A stretch of DNA of 64,000 nucleotides from Toensbergia leucococca (Eukaryota): positions 1 to 64,000 of the forward strand of contig JALDZS010000055.1 of NCBI GenBank assembly GCA_022813965.1, written 5' to 3'. This document shows positions 24,136 to 36,893 of this stretch, piece after piece. Position 1 is the first letter of the stretch; each line of letters starts with the position of its first letter. The position numbers were made by a program, and so were the translations under genes. The notes under the pieces are model-generated. The model saw nothing but the letters and a program-made list of their open reading frames with translations, did not search any database and had not been told where the DNA came from.

Positions 24136-26973
24136 GATGTTGGCGATAGAGAATAATCAACATGATGGGCTGCGGAGGGCTTGTATATAAGATCAAAAGT
24201 CTTCCCCAAGTCGCCACGATTTCCACGCGACCAGATGCAAAAGTGTCTTAGCCGCATGATGACCGAGGCGATCATGCAGAGCATGAGCCATCGTCGAGAT
24301 GAGCAGCTGTAATTCCTGTTGTGGCCACCACTAAGTGTAGTCGGCGAGCGAGAGGTGCATGGTGGTTGGAATTAAGTACCACACGAGAGAGGAAATTGAA
24401 CCAAATCAAGCCTCTCGCTTGGCCACCGTAGAAATATTCCAAGGAACGAGGGACTCCTATTACCAAAATAAATCCAATAAATCCAATAAATCCTCAAATC
24501 CCACAGTCCGATCCCTCGGATATCTCTTCCAAACCTTAAAGCTATGCCTATCCCTTACTTTGTCTACTTTACCTCACCGACAACTCGATCCTGCTACCAA
24601 ACTCTGGCTCGTCGAGACCTTCACACTGTCATCAACCCGTGCCTCGCTGTCATCTGCATCCACTGGCCTACATCCAGAGCCTTGACGGGACACCAGTACC
24701 AAGGATTCTACATCCGGTGTACCCAAGACTCTTATTCATACCAAAGAAATTACCATGCCCCCCAATCAATTGACGGGTTGCCCCTGAAAATACTCCTTGC
24801 GACCCGGGAATGACAGTGAAACTCACACGTTCATTGGTCGTGGCCTCGATTCCGCAAAGGATTTGCAGCCGGCCTGGTGCTGAACTCTCATCACGAGTGT
24901 CCAATTGTGGCATATGGAATCCGTGTCGTATTCACTCGCAGGAGTTCTCCTGCTATCTGACCCTTTTCCCATGCGTCCGAGCATACCTAGATCCACTTGG
25001 TACCTCGATCGGTCCTAGTCTTGTCACAAGTCATGATGATCCTTACAGTATGTACATTTCGGACTGACTGGTTGGTCTCTTGGTGTACATCTTCCGCACG
25101 GTTGTCTTCGGTGACATCAAGTGTACCTTTATCCGAGGTACTCCCCAGATAATTTGTTCGTAGTAGTCTGCATCTAGACTACAGATGAGAAAATGATGCG
25201 GTGAAAAGGCACATCAATGTGCTTGCCGACCATCCGAAGCAACTACAATTTATGAATTTGTACAAAGTCAGCCCTAACGCCGCCACTACAGCGCACTCTG
25301 GACCCTTCACCACCAGGCATGCAAATTCGGATGGCCAAGGTAGATTACCTACCCTTCAATCTCATCAGTATTCTCATCAACAGTCATTTTCCATGGTGAC
25401 TATTCAGCCACTTCAAGCGCTTTAGCTCTTGAAACTTTGTTTCTCCGCACGCCATCTACCTATTTCCTACCCGGACCTATTTCAAGTTAAATTACTATTT
25501 ACAAAAAAGGTGATCTTTGTTGAGATAGGAAATGGAAAGCGAGTGCCTCGAAGCGACGACAGTAACTAGTGTGATCGGATTGGAAGGCCCTAGACTTGAC
25601 ATGACGGATTACAACGAGAGTATGAAATTGATTGAGGCACATATGACCCAGTTTCAAGCAACTAGGCTCGAGAAGATGGATGCATAAAACACTTTGGAAG
25701 ACGCAGGCTACGTACTTCGAATGCGATGAGTAGAGCTGCTTTCTACTGATACATTGAAAGGAACAAGACTGCTTGTAGCTCAATCAACCGCCATATGATC
25801 TCAAGCTTTTGAAAAAGTCTCCTCCTCCAGCGCCTTTTTTCAATATCGAAGTGGCAAAAGTCAGCCACTAGCTGGCGTCAAAGTACTTTGCAGTTGTGTA
25901 GGATCATTGCAGGGCCTACGATTAGATGATCGCCGGCTGAGTACGGAACCAGTGTATTCCTACTGAACATCACATCACACCACAGCAATGTTCCATTTTT
26001 CCAGATCGATGGGTAATTCATATCTTGCCATCGATTGATATCCATACCCTTTATTTTCCGAAATGATGTCTGAGCAGTCTCGTGGCTATCCCAGCTCCTG
26101 CAAAATTTGCAACATTCAGCTTTTCAGTAATTTTGAAGCACGAATGTACCTTCGCCCCATTCTTCTCACTTTCCTAGTCCCCATGTACCTCGACAGTTCC
26201 AACATGACGTGTTCTATGTAGAGAGATTACTTCGGGATCTCTGTACTATCAAGAAGTTTCTCTGACTGCTATAGACAGTGATATGAATAAACACATCTTA
26301 GATTTTGATCCTGGCTCGTCAAAAATTCTACGAGATGGAATTTTGAGGCATTGGAGTTCAGATGAAGTCTGTTTGAAATGCGGTAGAGATTGAGGGATTG
26401 AGGAATGGCTTTTCCGGGGGAACAGGTAAGGCTTAATGGAAAGGTTGAGCTAGCATGGGACCTTGGGACAAATTGGAGGCTGAGAGCGAGTTGATGATGA
26501 AGTGATAGGCTATTGAGTGTGGTACAAGTAGTTGTATGGACTTTCTACGAAGACTTCCTTACATGGCATGATGAATACCTAGACAGTAAGTAATGCATGA
26601 CTATCCCTGAAGATTTAGATCTAGATGTGCAGTCGCTGCAGTCGGGGTCCTGTGCCTGGCATGCTCGCTTGATTGATGTCATCTGATGCATAAAAACGCG
26701 GGGAAAGGCCCTGAAGCTATTGAAATAATTAAGGCGGAGGGTGGGTGAGTGAATATTATTATATGAATTCACTGCCCCACCAAACCCTGATTTATGCATG
26801 AAACCTCATGATCCTTCCACCATTCCATTTCCGAGGAATCGACATGGCAGCTGACCACTCAAGCCACTCTTCGATATCCCCTATTACTTTTCATACTTCT
26901 TACTTCCCACCTCCTAAACCGAAGTTGGACCTTGACCCTTCCTGTCTGTCCCCTCCTTTTCAGCGCTGTAACC

Positions 26974-29754
26974 ATGCATCGATTCTCCTACTCCACCGCT
27001 GCTGCTCTTACTTGGGGCCTCTTGAGCACTGCTATTAACGCTTCCAAGCTTACCCCTCCCGTCGTGCCTCTGATTGTTCGGAATCCCTATCTCAGCACTT
27101 GGCTCACCGATGCAAGGGCGAATCCTTGGGACAGATGGCCCATGTTCTGGACTGGCCAAGAAGTCTGTACCCTTTTTCATTGCAAGCCTGAATCTAGCTG
27201 ATTTTACCTTTCTAGATTGGTTTCTCCATATTAGCTGCTGTCCCTGACTCCAGCGACGTCTATCCACTGCTGGGCAGGGTCCAAGACTCTCTCTTACCTA
27301 ATCATCTAGATAATGGGTATCATGACCCCAACTTCCACATTAATAAGCCTTCATCTACTAAAGCTTCAACAGCTACAATGTATCTTTTCCCACCTACCTG
27401 GGCTCCAAATTCGACGCTTCCACCACAAATCTAACCTACACCATTCCAGCCCCTTCCTCCGCCGAATCAAGCAAACCCCTAGAAATTACACTTTCCTTCC
27501 TCTCTCCCATTACGCCAACGTCGACTCTACGTCAATCAATACCAGCCTCATACATCACAGTGTTTGTCAAAGGCGGCTTTGATGTAGATATATACCTTGA
27601 TCTGAATGGTCAATGGGTAAGTGGAGATAGGGGCAGTCCCATTGTCTGGGAATTGGGTCAACACGAGCTAGGAGATAGCAACAAAGGTCTAAAGACATGG
27701 AAGTTTAAGCGTGAAACCGAGCAACTGTTCACAGAATATCAGGATCGAGCCGAATGGGGCACACTGCATCTTACCGCGCCATCGGTATATTCCAAGGAGC
27801 TTTTTGGGTTATGAACGTGTCACTGATGATTGTCAGGATGTTCGTCATGAGTCTGGGACTTCTGCCTTACTTCGACAGCGCTTCTCCCGAACTGGTACCC
27901 TCCAAAATGCTGTTGACAATGATTACCGCAGTATTATGGATGAGGAACCTGTGTTTGCTTTTGCCAAATCATTCCACCTCAATGCATCTTCGACAGACTC
28001 GGACCCGAGCAGCGACAGTGTTTTGTTTACCGTTGCTCACATTCAGGAACCGGTAGTTCAATTCGCTTCAGCGAGGGGATTGACATATATGAAACCTCTT
28101 TGGAATTCGTGGTTTCCATCGGTGGAAGCGCTTCTGTCGTTCCATTACCTGGACTATTCGAATGCCGCCGAGCTTGCTACCAATTATACGGTACAGCTTG
28201 CCAAAGATGCGTACGCTTCTGGAGCGGATGATTACGTTGATATTGTGGCATTGTCTGCCCGCCAGGTAATGGGTGCAACAAGCTTTGCCGGTACTCCAGA
28301 TAATCCAATTCTGTTCTTGAAGGAAATATCTTCCAACGGTAATTGTCAGACAATCGATGTCATATTTCCATCATTCCCATTTTTCTTATACACAAACCCT
28401 CGTTGGTTAGCGTATATCCTGGAACCCCTAATTGAACATACGCTCAGCGGTCAGTATCCCAATAAATACGCAATGCACGACCTTGGTTATCACTTTCCCA
28501 ACAACACCGGTCACTTTGATGGGAATGACGAATATATGCCAGTAGAAGAATGCGGGGATATTTTGATCATGGGACTTGCGCTCATCAACAGTCTCTCGTA
28601 CGACACTGGTGCTACCGCAGGATCTTTGTGGTCAAGTCTAGGAAGGGATAGCTTTGACCATGATCCCGAGACTAGCGCCTTCGCCTTGAACAATTTGGAG
28701 ACTCGAGAAGGCATTTTCGGACTTGATGATAAATGGGGTGGTTCCACTAAAGGAACGAAACAAGCGCAGAAGTGGATTGGAAAGAGCTACGGGTTGTGGA
28801 AGCAATGGACTGAGTACCTCATAGAATTCGCTCTTGAGCCACATCGTCAATGTAAGTGACTTGCTATTTGATTCTGAGTTGGGGTTAATTGTGGAACAGT
28901 GTCTACTGATGATTTTGCCGGGTGGCTCGCTCTGCAAACCAATCTTGCACTCAAAGGAATTATTGGGATCAAAGCTATGAGCGAGATTGCCGAAGTCGTT
29001 GGTAATGCTGAAGACGTTAAATACTACAAGGCAAGAACATTTGGAATCCTCCAATGAACCTGGCCAACTAACAATATCCTAGAACATATCCGATGTCTAT
29101 ATTTCCAAGTGGGAATCCTTTGGCATGTCTCGTGACGGCACTCACGCCAAATTAGCCTACGACTGGTATGGCTCCTGGACGACTCTCTACAACCTCTACG
29201 CCGACTCCCTGCTCTGCTTTCATTTATCTCCCTCTTCCCCGTCTCCGTCTCCATCCCCACAATTACCTCGAGGTCAAACACCTCTTTCCCCATCCACAAG
29301 TATCGCTAGCAAAAATGGCTTCGTCCCCCAGCACATCTATAAGTTGCAAAGCGACTGGTACCATAACGTCCGCCAACGATACGGCCTTCCCCTCGACAGC
29401 CGCCACCTCCTGGCAAAAACAGATTGGGAGTTTTTTGCTGCGGCAGTGACTACAAAATCTGTCCGAGAGGAAATCTTGGAGAGTGTAGCGAGATGGGTGA
29501 ATATTACGACTACTGGTTCGTTACTCTTTCTTTTCTCTTCATTAAATATTGAAACCTTCTCTACCTTGTTGTGATGTGCTGACTGTATTACAGACCGTGC
29601 TTTTGCAGACTTGCACGATACGGAAGGCGATGGCGGATGGGCTGGACCAAGATTCTACGCCCGACCGGTTGTAGGAGCGCATTTTGCGTTTTTGACCCTC
29701 GAAAAAGCGTGTGGAGGAAAGGCAATGGAGGGGTTGCAATTCTTGGAGGAGTGA
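26974..29754 (+). CDS. gtaA: Secreted glutaminase GtaA-like protein, multi-exon
   Basis: Signal peptide, PPVVPLIVRNPYLSTW, FLSPITP, AEWG, FLKEISSNGNCQTIDVIFP, EYMPVEECG, TDDFAG, GLPLDSRH, KTDWE and ARPVVGAHF. Confidence 0.88.
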
Positions 29755-31175
29755 GCTCGTAGTATTTAGTGATTGGGAAAATGGATGGTGAGAGTGGAGT
29801 TTGATTGACTCTGTAGGTTGCGACAGATTGCGCATTTGGGAGGGCATCGGATGAAGGGGCGAAAAGCTGGGCTTCGTGACTTTCTGTATGTATGACTGAT
29901 GATTTGAACTGATTGAATGATTTGAGCGGATGGTTCAATTTTGTTTTTATGAACATGAATGAGGTGGTTTTTCAAATACCATACTTCTCTTCTCTTTTTT
30001 TTTTGGATATGCTGATGCAATTGTATCCGTTACTTCTATGGGGTTCTTAAGACATTGTCTAGGTGAATTACACAATAAACCTCTCACATCACACACAACT
30101 GACCTATCATTCCTCTCTCTGCCTTGCCTTATTTCTCAACTGCAGTATCTGATTAAACAGAGAGAGAAGAATAACTACATTAAACGAGAAAAAAAAAAAA
30201 CCTTGTGAGTAATCATCAATATATATTTCTGATACCCTACCTACTTAATCTAGTCACCTAAAGGTAATCAAATCAACTATTCTCATGTCTATGTCTAGAT
30301 CTAGAAGTTTCATCTTACACCCCCCCTCACGCCCCCCTTACGCCCTCCTATCCCTCCCCCTCCTCCTCATTCAACTTGACGGTAGGATATAGCGCAGAGT
30401 AATCATGAATACATATTCCTTTCACATACCTACCTACCTACTCTAGTCATTTAATCAACTATTCTCATGTCTAGAAATTCCGTCTTACACCCCCGCTTAC
30501 ACCCCCCCTCCCCCTCTTCCTCCTCCTCCTTGGCGGTGCGCTAGGATTCATGATTACTCTGCGTTTTTATAAACATTCTACCGTCATCACTGTCAAGCAG
30601 AAGGAAGGGAGGGTGTAAGATGAAAACTCTAGGCACTGATTGTGGGTTTTTTGAAGGGATTTTTTTTGTAAGGCGTTTGACAAGTTGGCAAGTTGGCAAG
30701 TTGATAAGTTGATAAGTTGATAAGTTGACGAGTTCGATAGTTGATGAGTCCGAGAGTTGAAATATTTGGACGTTGTGAATTCTGAGCGTTCATTCTTTAT
30801 ATCCATCTCTCAAAAATACGCCGTTCATTCATTCATTCTTCATTCTCATCTTTACGTATCTGTAGCCGTTACACTACATCTACTCTGCTCATCACACCTT
30901 TTTAGATGAGCTGTCTGTATGTACTCACACCCTTTCACTGAAACACAATTGGTACACACCTGGCCTGAGAAGACGCGAAGTCCCACTTGAGCGACATGCA
31001 TAAGCAGCTAAATTCTCCGCGGGGGTAAGGCACCTAATAAATGTGACTCATTAGTCAGATGACCCAAAGTACATACTCGCATCGTATGAGGATTTCTGTC
31101 CATCCCTCTACCCCAAACACAACCAGCATCCTCCCCTCTCTCTCCAAATTAAGATCCATCTACCACATCCCACAA

Positions 31176-31577
31176 ATGTCCGTCTACGCTTCCTCCTCCA
31201 CAACACTTCCCCCTCGCTCCGTCAAAGCAATCACCGCATCGCTAATCCTATATGCCGGAGCTCTTGGCGCAGTAGCCCTTTACTGGCGCCACTGGGACGA
31301 TATCTACAAGCGGAACCAAGATTCCTTGTCAAGACGCGCAACACAGGCTTTGGAAATGAAGCTCGTGCAGACTCGCTTGGATCGCTTTCATGCGCGGCTT
31401 GGGGACGGAGAGGTGTTGGACGAGGCAGATGTGGAGGAGGTGAAGGGCATGGAGGCCGTGTTGAGGCGATGGTTCAGGTGTGTGGAGGAGGATGTGGCTA
31501 GGGAGGATAGGGATAAGGCGCGTGGGAGGGAGAGGAGGGGGAGGGGTGGGTTCATAGCTTGGCTACCAGAATGGTAG
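31176..31577 (+). CDS. Small orphan protein (133 aa) with one N-proximal hydrophobic helix
   Basis: Intronless ORF with an AAATG start. AITASLILYAGALGAVALYW is a plausible transmembrane segment, followed by a charged helical region. No family recognised. Confidence 0.55.
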   Translation: MSVYASSSTTLPPRSVKAITASLILYAGALGAVALYWRHWDDIYKRNQDSLSRRATQALEMKLVQTRLDRFHARLGDGEVLDEADVEEVKGMEAVLRRWFRCVEEDVAREDRDKARGRERRGRGGFIAWLPEW

Positions 31578-31959
31578 GAAGGGGGAAATTGGGGCGAACA
31601 TGTTACGGAACGTATCTGTGATTACTCTGCGCTATATCCTATCACATCACCAAGGAGGAGGGTGAGGGAGAGGGGGAGGAGGGTGTAAGAGGGGTGGGTG
31701 TAAGACGGAAAAAACTCTGGACGCGGGAATAGTTGATTGATTACTTGCATTAGGTGGCTGAAGGAGTAGGTAGGTGTCTGAAAGGAATATGTATTGATGA
31801 TTACTCTGCGCTATATCCTGCCGCACCGCCGAGGAGGGGGAGGGGGGGTGTAAGACGGAAAAAACTCTGAATGCGGGAATAGTTGATTGATTACTGGCTT
31901 TAGGTGGCTGAAGGAGTAGGTAGGTGTCTGAAAGATATGTTGATGGTTACTCTGCTTTG

Positions 31960-32191
31960 TTATCCCTTTCACTGTTATATGTGCAGTCATTCAGAGAGGG
32001 TTGCACTTACCTGCGCAAAGTGATCAATCAATTAATCAGAATAATACCTTAAATATGAATTGTACAGATGCATCTAAGGCAATTTGTGCTTGATGTCCTA
32101 CTAAAGCGCGGGGTTATCTTAATTTCCACCAATCAGTGACATCACATCTTACCCCTCTGAATGGCTGCACATATAACAGTGAAAGGGATAA
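31960..32191. repeat. Inverted repeat with ~41-bp arms (31960-32001 / 32151-32191) around an AT-rich spacer; MITE-like core of the array
   Basis: ttatccctttcactgttatatgtgcagtcattcagagagggt versus acccctctgaatggctgcacatataacagtgaaagggataa. Confidence 0.85.
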
Positions 32192-32840
32192 AGAATGAAC
32201 GCTCAGAATTCGCAACGTCCCAAATATTTCAACTCTCAGACTCATCAACGTTCAACCTGCTCAACCCTAACCACAAACCCCTCTCAAAAAAACCCCTCAC
32301 AATCAGTGTCTAGACTTTCTGTATTACACCCTCCCTCCCTTCTGCTTCTTGACGGTAGGATATCAATGCAGAGTAATCATGAATGAATAGTAATCCCCCC
32401 CCCTTCAGCGGAAGAGTGCGGATAGATACAGCACAGCTCATCTGAAAAGGTGTCATGAGTAGAGTAGGTGAGTAAGGGTAAGGGTATAGATAAGCAGGGG
32501 GTGAGAATGAAGAATGAATGAATGAATGATGTATTTTCAAGGGATGTATACAAAGAAAGCTCAGACTCACAACTCTCAACACTCATCAACCTATCACTCT
32601 CTTCAAAAAATTCTCACAAAAAAACTCACAATCAGCGTCTAGAAGTTTCATCTTACACCCTCTTTCCTCCTCACTCAGCTTGACAGTGATGGTGGCGGTA
32701 GGATATAGCGCGGAGTAATCATGAATAGTAATCCCGGAAGAGTGCGGATAGCATGCAGCACAGCACCTCATCAGGAAAAATGTGATGGGTAGTATAGGTG
32801 GGTAAGGGTGATAGGTAGATGAGAATGAGTGTATCTGCTA

Positions 32841-32848
32841 TATATAAA
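32841..32848 (+). promoter_or_regulatory. TATA-box candidate for the beta-carbonic anhydrase gene
   Basis: TATATAAA about 120 bp upstream of ATG 32964, lying inside a repeat unit. Confidence 0.5.
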
Positions 32849-32963
32849 CGAGGCTCAGAACTCGCAACGTCCAAAATATTACAACCCTCAGACTCGCAAC
32901 AACTCACACCAACGTCCAAACAAACTCCAAAACTCGCAAACCTGCAAACCTGCCACCAAAAGA

Positions 32964-34059
32964 ATGCACAACCCAGTCACAAAAGCCGAGGTTTTAGACC
33001 GCAATCAGTATATCCCCCCCCATCCATCTATAAGATTCAGTCCCAAATTACGCTATCTGTCAGAACTGGCTCCCTGGGCTGATTGACGATGGATGATGGC
33101 AGGAAATATGCAAAAACGCACACGGCGATAACGACGCTGCCGGAATTAAAAGCCGGGGTGAAAGAACCGACCCATCTCGCCATCGGTAAGTCCTCCACCA
33201 ACCAGTCCAGTCCAGTCCAGTCCAGTCCTCTCTCTCTCTCTCCAACCAGAAACTAGGGGGTGGGAGGGCCAAAACGGGAGTGACGGTTCAAAGAAACACC
33301 TCAAAAAATCTGATAAGCGGCATCGTAAATATCTAGTCAGCTGCTGCGACCCGCGGATCATACCGGAGGAGTTCTTCAACTTCAGCGTAAAAGGTATTTC
33401 ACAAACCAAACACACATATACCAAAAAAAAATTGCCCCCTTCCCCCATTACGGCAGATGTGTGGATTCTGGTATCTTGATCTTGACCGAGTACAAGGCGC
33501 CTTCACCATCCGCAACGCCGGCGGGCGTGCTGAGCCCGCTTTACGCGATCTCATCACCGCGGACGGCATTGCCGGGATCACGGAAATCATGGTGGTTCAT
33601 CATACCGGTGAGCAACCCCCATCAATACCCCCATTTTCTCTGCAAAAAGAAAGGCATAGAGGCACGATTAGCAACTGAGATATTATTGTGGGTATCAACA
33701 CAGATTGCGGCCTCACCTACTTCGACAACGAGTATTTCCGGACCTTCTTGAAGCAGAGAGCAGCAGCCGATGATGATAACAAGAGTATCATCGACGGGAT
33801 GGATTTCTGGGAAATCAAAAAGTGAGTCGAGTGCATCTTGCCGTTGTTTGAACTCATTCCCCAAAGATCGTTTTTGAGAAAAACAGGGGGGCTTTTGGAC
33901 TAATATGAAAGCATCACTTCTGAATGAATTAGCATGGAGCAGAGTATCAAAGACGATGTCGAGTTTCTGCGGGCTTCGCCATTGATCGGCAAAGAGACGA
34001 AGATATCGGGCCATCTCTATGATATTCGTACCGGTATTGTGGGTACTATAGTTGAATAG
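32964..34059 (+). CDS. Beta-class carbonic anhydrase (short, clade D-like), multi-exon
   Basis: Spliced product MHNPVTKAEVLDRNQKYAKTH...AIVSCCDPRI...IRNAGGR...IMVVHHT|DCGL...SIKDDVEFLRASPLI...ISGHLYDIRTG contains the CxDxR and HxxC zinc motifs. Confidence 0.9.
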
Positions 34060-34452
34060 CATCACATAAGAATACGGGTGAGAATCGCATCGTAGGCTTT
34101 CTTTGGAAATGTAGAGAGGATGGGATTAGAAGTAGCAGAAAAACGGTTGATAAAGATATGAAAATCACCTCCGTAGTCCAACATAAAACTTCTTTCTCCC
34201 AGTTCCAGTCACAAGCGCCAGCCCGAGATATTACTGATGTATGGCTGGACTCTGATGTGTTACAATGGTCGGCAGGCTAGATGCGTTGCCAAGAGGACAG
34301 AATATTTGCCCGGACTTCACTCTCTTACAGACCAAAATAGGGTGATGGCCGCCCTAAGGTCGTGCGAAGCGGGTGATCTTTGTGCATCTAGATGAAACGT
34401 CCTCCAGCTGCAAAAGTTCGTACCAGCACGATACACTATTTGTCTAACACCG

Positions 34453-36893
34453 TCAAACGAAAGATCCCTTCTTGACTTTTAGCACCATCTCAATATGTTC
34501 CATAGCCAATGGAACATTCTCCTGCTTTGACAACAAGCGAGCCGTTTTGATGATATTTTTTATCTGCCTACCATTAACCTCGATCTTCGCCAAGGTTTCA
34601 AGGTCCTGATCGCTTAGCCAACTTTCCAAGTCTCCCATCTGAACAAAAGTCTTCCATACATGAAGCCTGCTTGGGAGATCTAGGGGCGGGTAGTGGATGG
34701 TTAGATGGATTCGCGACTCAAAGGCAGTGTCGAAGTCATTGATACGGTTGCTAGTGAGAAACATGACGCCTCGATAATATTCAAGCTGTTTCAGGAAGAC
34801 TGAACGAGGTGGACGGGTTAGCCTTGGTTGGGCCGCAGTATTGTACAGCTTAGGGGAGCGGATAAAAACTCACCGGAGACAAGACGGTTGCGCCGTATGT
34901 CGGCCGTCGAGCGAGATTCGAGGAACATGTCGCACTCGTCGAGCAGCAAAATCGCATTCCACTTCCTGGTCAGCTCCAGAACTTGTTCGAGCGATTCTTC
35001 AACCTCAGCAGCTGTCTCTCCCAGTTCGCTTGCACTCATCAAGTACAGCGGCTGACGCATCTCTTCCGCAACTAGGAGCCTTTTGGTAAGACACAATTAG
35101 ACAATTATCAGACTGGATGAGCGCACCAGATTCCGCCGTGAGTGTTTTCCCAACACCAGGTTCCCCACTTAGCAACATGATGAAGCCCAGACCTGTGCTT
35201 GCATCATTAGCATTTGCTTTCCGTCCATGAATTGTCAACAAAGCTGTCTGTCTCACCTTTTCCGTAAATGATATCGTCAAACTCATCGTCACGGGACAAT
35301 TGCTCTTGAACAAAGGCACGGATGATTTCCTTGTAACCATGAGGAAGAACAAGCCTGGGGAAAGCATTCTCACTCCAGCGTATTGGGAGGACATTCTCAA
35401 CATAGAACTCGGCTAGGAAACAAATGCCCATCTTAGCAAAGAGGCTTGGATCTTATTTTTTGCATTGAGTTCTTACCCCATGTTTTGAAAGCCAGGCAGT
35501 AGCCTCGTACGACCGGAGTGCAAAGCAATCGTTTCTTAGGACTCAATGTTTTGGCTGGTACTGATGTCACATATGGTTCTAGTAGATGTGAATACATAGG
35601 AAGCAGGCTTACAGCCATCTGACAAGTCTTCTTTGATTGGCTTCTTATGTTTTCCCAAGGCATTCTGGTACTCTCGAAAGGCCTGACTGGTCGCTCTGTA
35701 TATCACATTGTGAGTGCCAGCGAATAATTCGTCATCATCCGAGTCTGCGTGTGAATCAGACTCGATCGACCCAAGACCAGGCCCAGGTGTACCGTAGATG
35801 TTGAACGTATGCGGGTCAATGATGATACGGCTGCTTTCCACCTTGCCGGAAACCCTTATTTAGCACTGTGCGGCCAGCCAAGTACGGTTTATTACATACA
35901 TGTCGTTTCCGAATCTGTCTAGAGGATCTGGCGGTGTAGAATCCCGAGTACGACATGTGGTGAAATCCATTGAGCTGCTCGAGCTTCTCGCCGCGCGCAT
36001 GCAGTTGATCGACAAGGTTCTCAACGTCAGGATGAAGATGGCTAGGAAATGCATCGAGGTTGATGAGCTTCTTCATGCCTTCAAATTTGTCAATGTCGAC
36101 TGAGCTTGAGACGTAACCAAAGCTCGACCCATCGCAATCGATGTATCGACATTCCAAGGTAAAGAATTCTCCGCCCATGTTGGCCCCATAGCGACTATCT
36201 GTCAGTTCCATGAGGCGGTCTTGGCCATCAATCTTGGTGTACACTTCCATGCTGGGGGCAAAGATGGTCCACAAATAGTCGAAGCTAATCACCTTGTTCT
36301 TGGTCAAATCCTTCATGACCTCAATGTGTGGCATAATTTCCTCGCTCAGAATGGGATACAAGAGGTCGAGGTGATCCTTGGTTTCCTGATCCTGCTCGTC
36401 CTTGCGAAGCTTCTCAAAACGATGCCATCGATAGTAGAAGGGATGGAAAGGAGCCTTGAACGTCAGTTGTTTCAGTTGGGTGTTGAGACCCTCGAAGCCT
36501 TTGAATGTGCCGTCAAGAACCTTCTTGATCAAGGGGCTCTGGACAGTAATGGAATGTAGCGCGACTTGGTTTGTAGTCGGATGGGGTTCGCGGCGTACGA
36601 TGAGAGCGCACTCTTGGACGTAGGAGCCGGCCTCTTGATCCGTGGCAGTCTTGTCTGGAACAGACTCGTTCCAAAGCGATCGATCGTCAGGTCGGTATAG
36701 CTGCTGTATTTCGGCTCTCATGCCCAGACTGAAGTCAGGGGTGTAGTCGGGATCGATGCTCATCTCGGACTGTCTCTTGTTAGTCTTCTGCCTTCTGCCT
36801 CGTATACTTTTCATGGATCCCAAGGCGCACTAAGCTGCTACCGGATGACCCAACACTCCTGTGATATGCGAGAGAACTGGCTTTGTCCGACAT
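34453..36893 (-). CDS. Fungal AAA+ ATPase, multi-exon; start codon uncertain (36763-36893)
   Basis: Walker A GEPGVGKT, Walker B ILLLDECD, RNRLVS.FL..LEYYRG, FLTSNR...FDTAFESRIH and NGRQIKN. The N-terminal region carries ISFDYLWTIF and YIDCDG..FG. Confidence 0.9.

Larger units (their letters stand above)
30207..32950. repeat. Composite array of tandem and inverted diverged repeats sharing the core TCTAGAAGTTTCATCTTACACCC..GACGGTAGGATATAGCGCAGAGTAATCATGAATA
   Basis: Core GAGTAATCA occurs on + at 30207, 30397, 32371 and 32713, and on - at 30551, 31619, 31798 and 31944 (variant). Short units of about 150-190 bp lie at 30207-30545 (+) and 31615-31960 (-). Long units of about 300-370 bp lie at 30547-30945 (-) and 32191-32950 (+). 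Confidence 0.9.

Noticed and set aside
24272..26800. Short ORFs upstream of the multicopper oxidase as an FTR1 permease or other gene
   Set aside because: No REXXE motif or multi-helix hydrophobic pattern is present. It may be a degraded relic, but nothing is identifiable.
19726..29754. Dioxygenase, oxidase and glutaminase as a secondary-metabolite gene cluster
   Set aside because: No PKS, NRPS or terpene backbone gene, transporter or pathway regulator is nearby.
30207..32950. Repeat array as a CRISPR-like array
   Set aside because: The context is eukaryotic, the units occur on both strands, the linkers are homologous to each other rather than unique spacers, and no cas-like genes are present.
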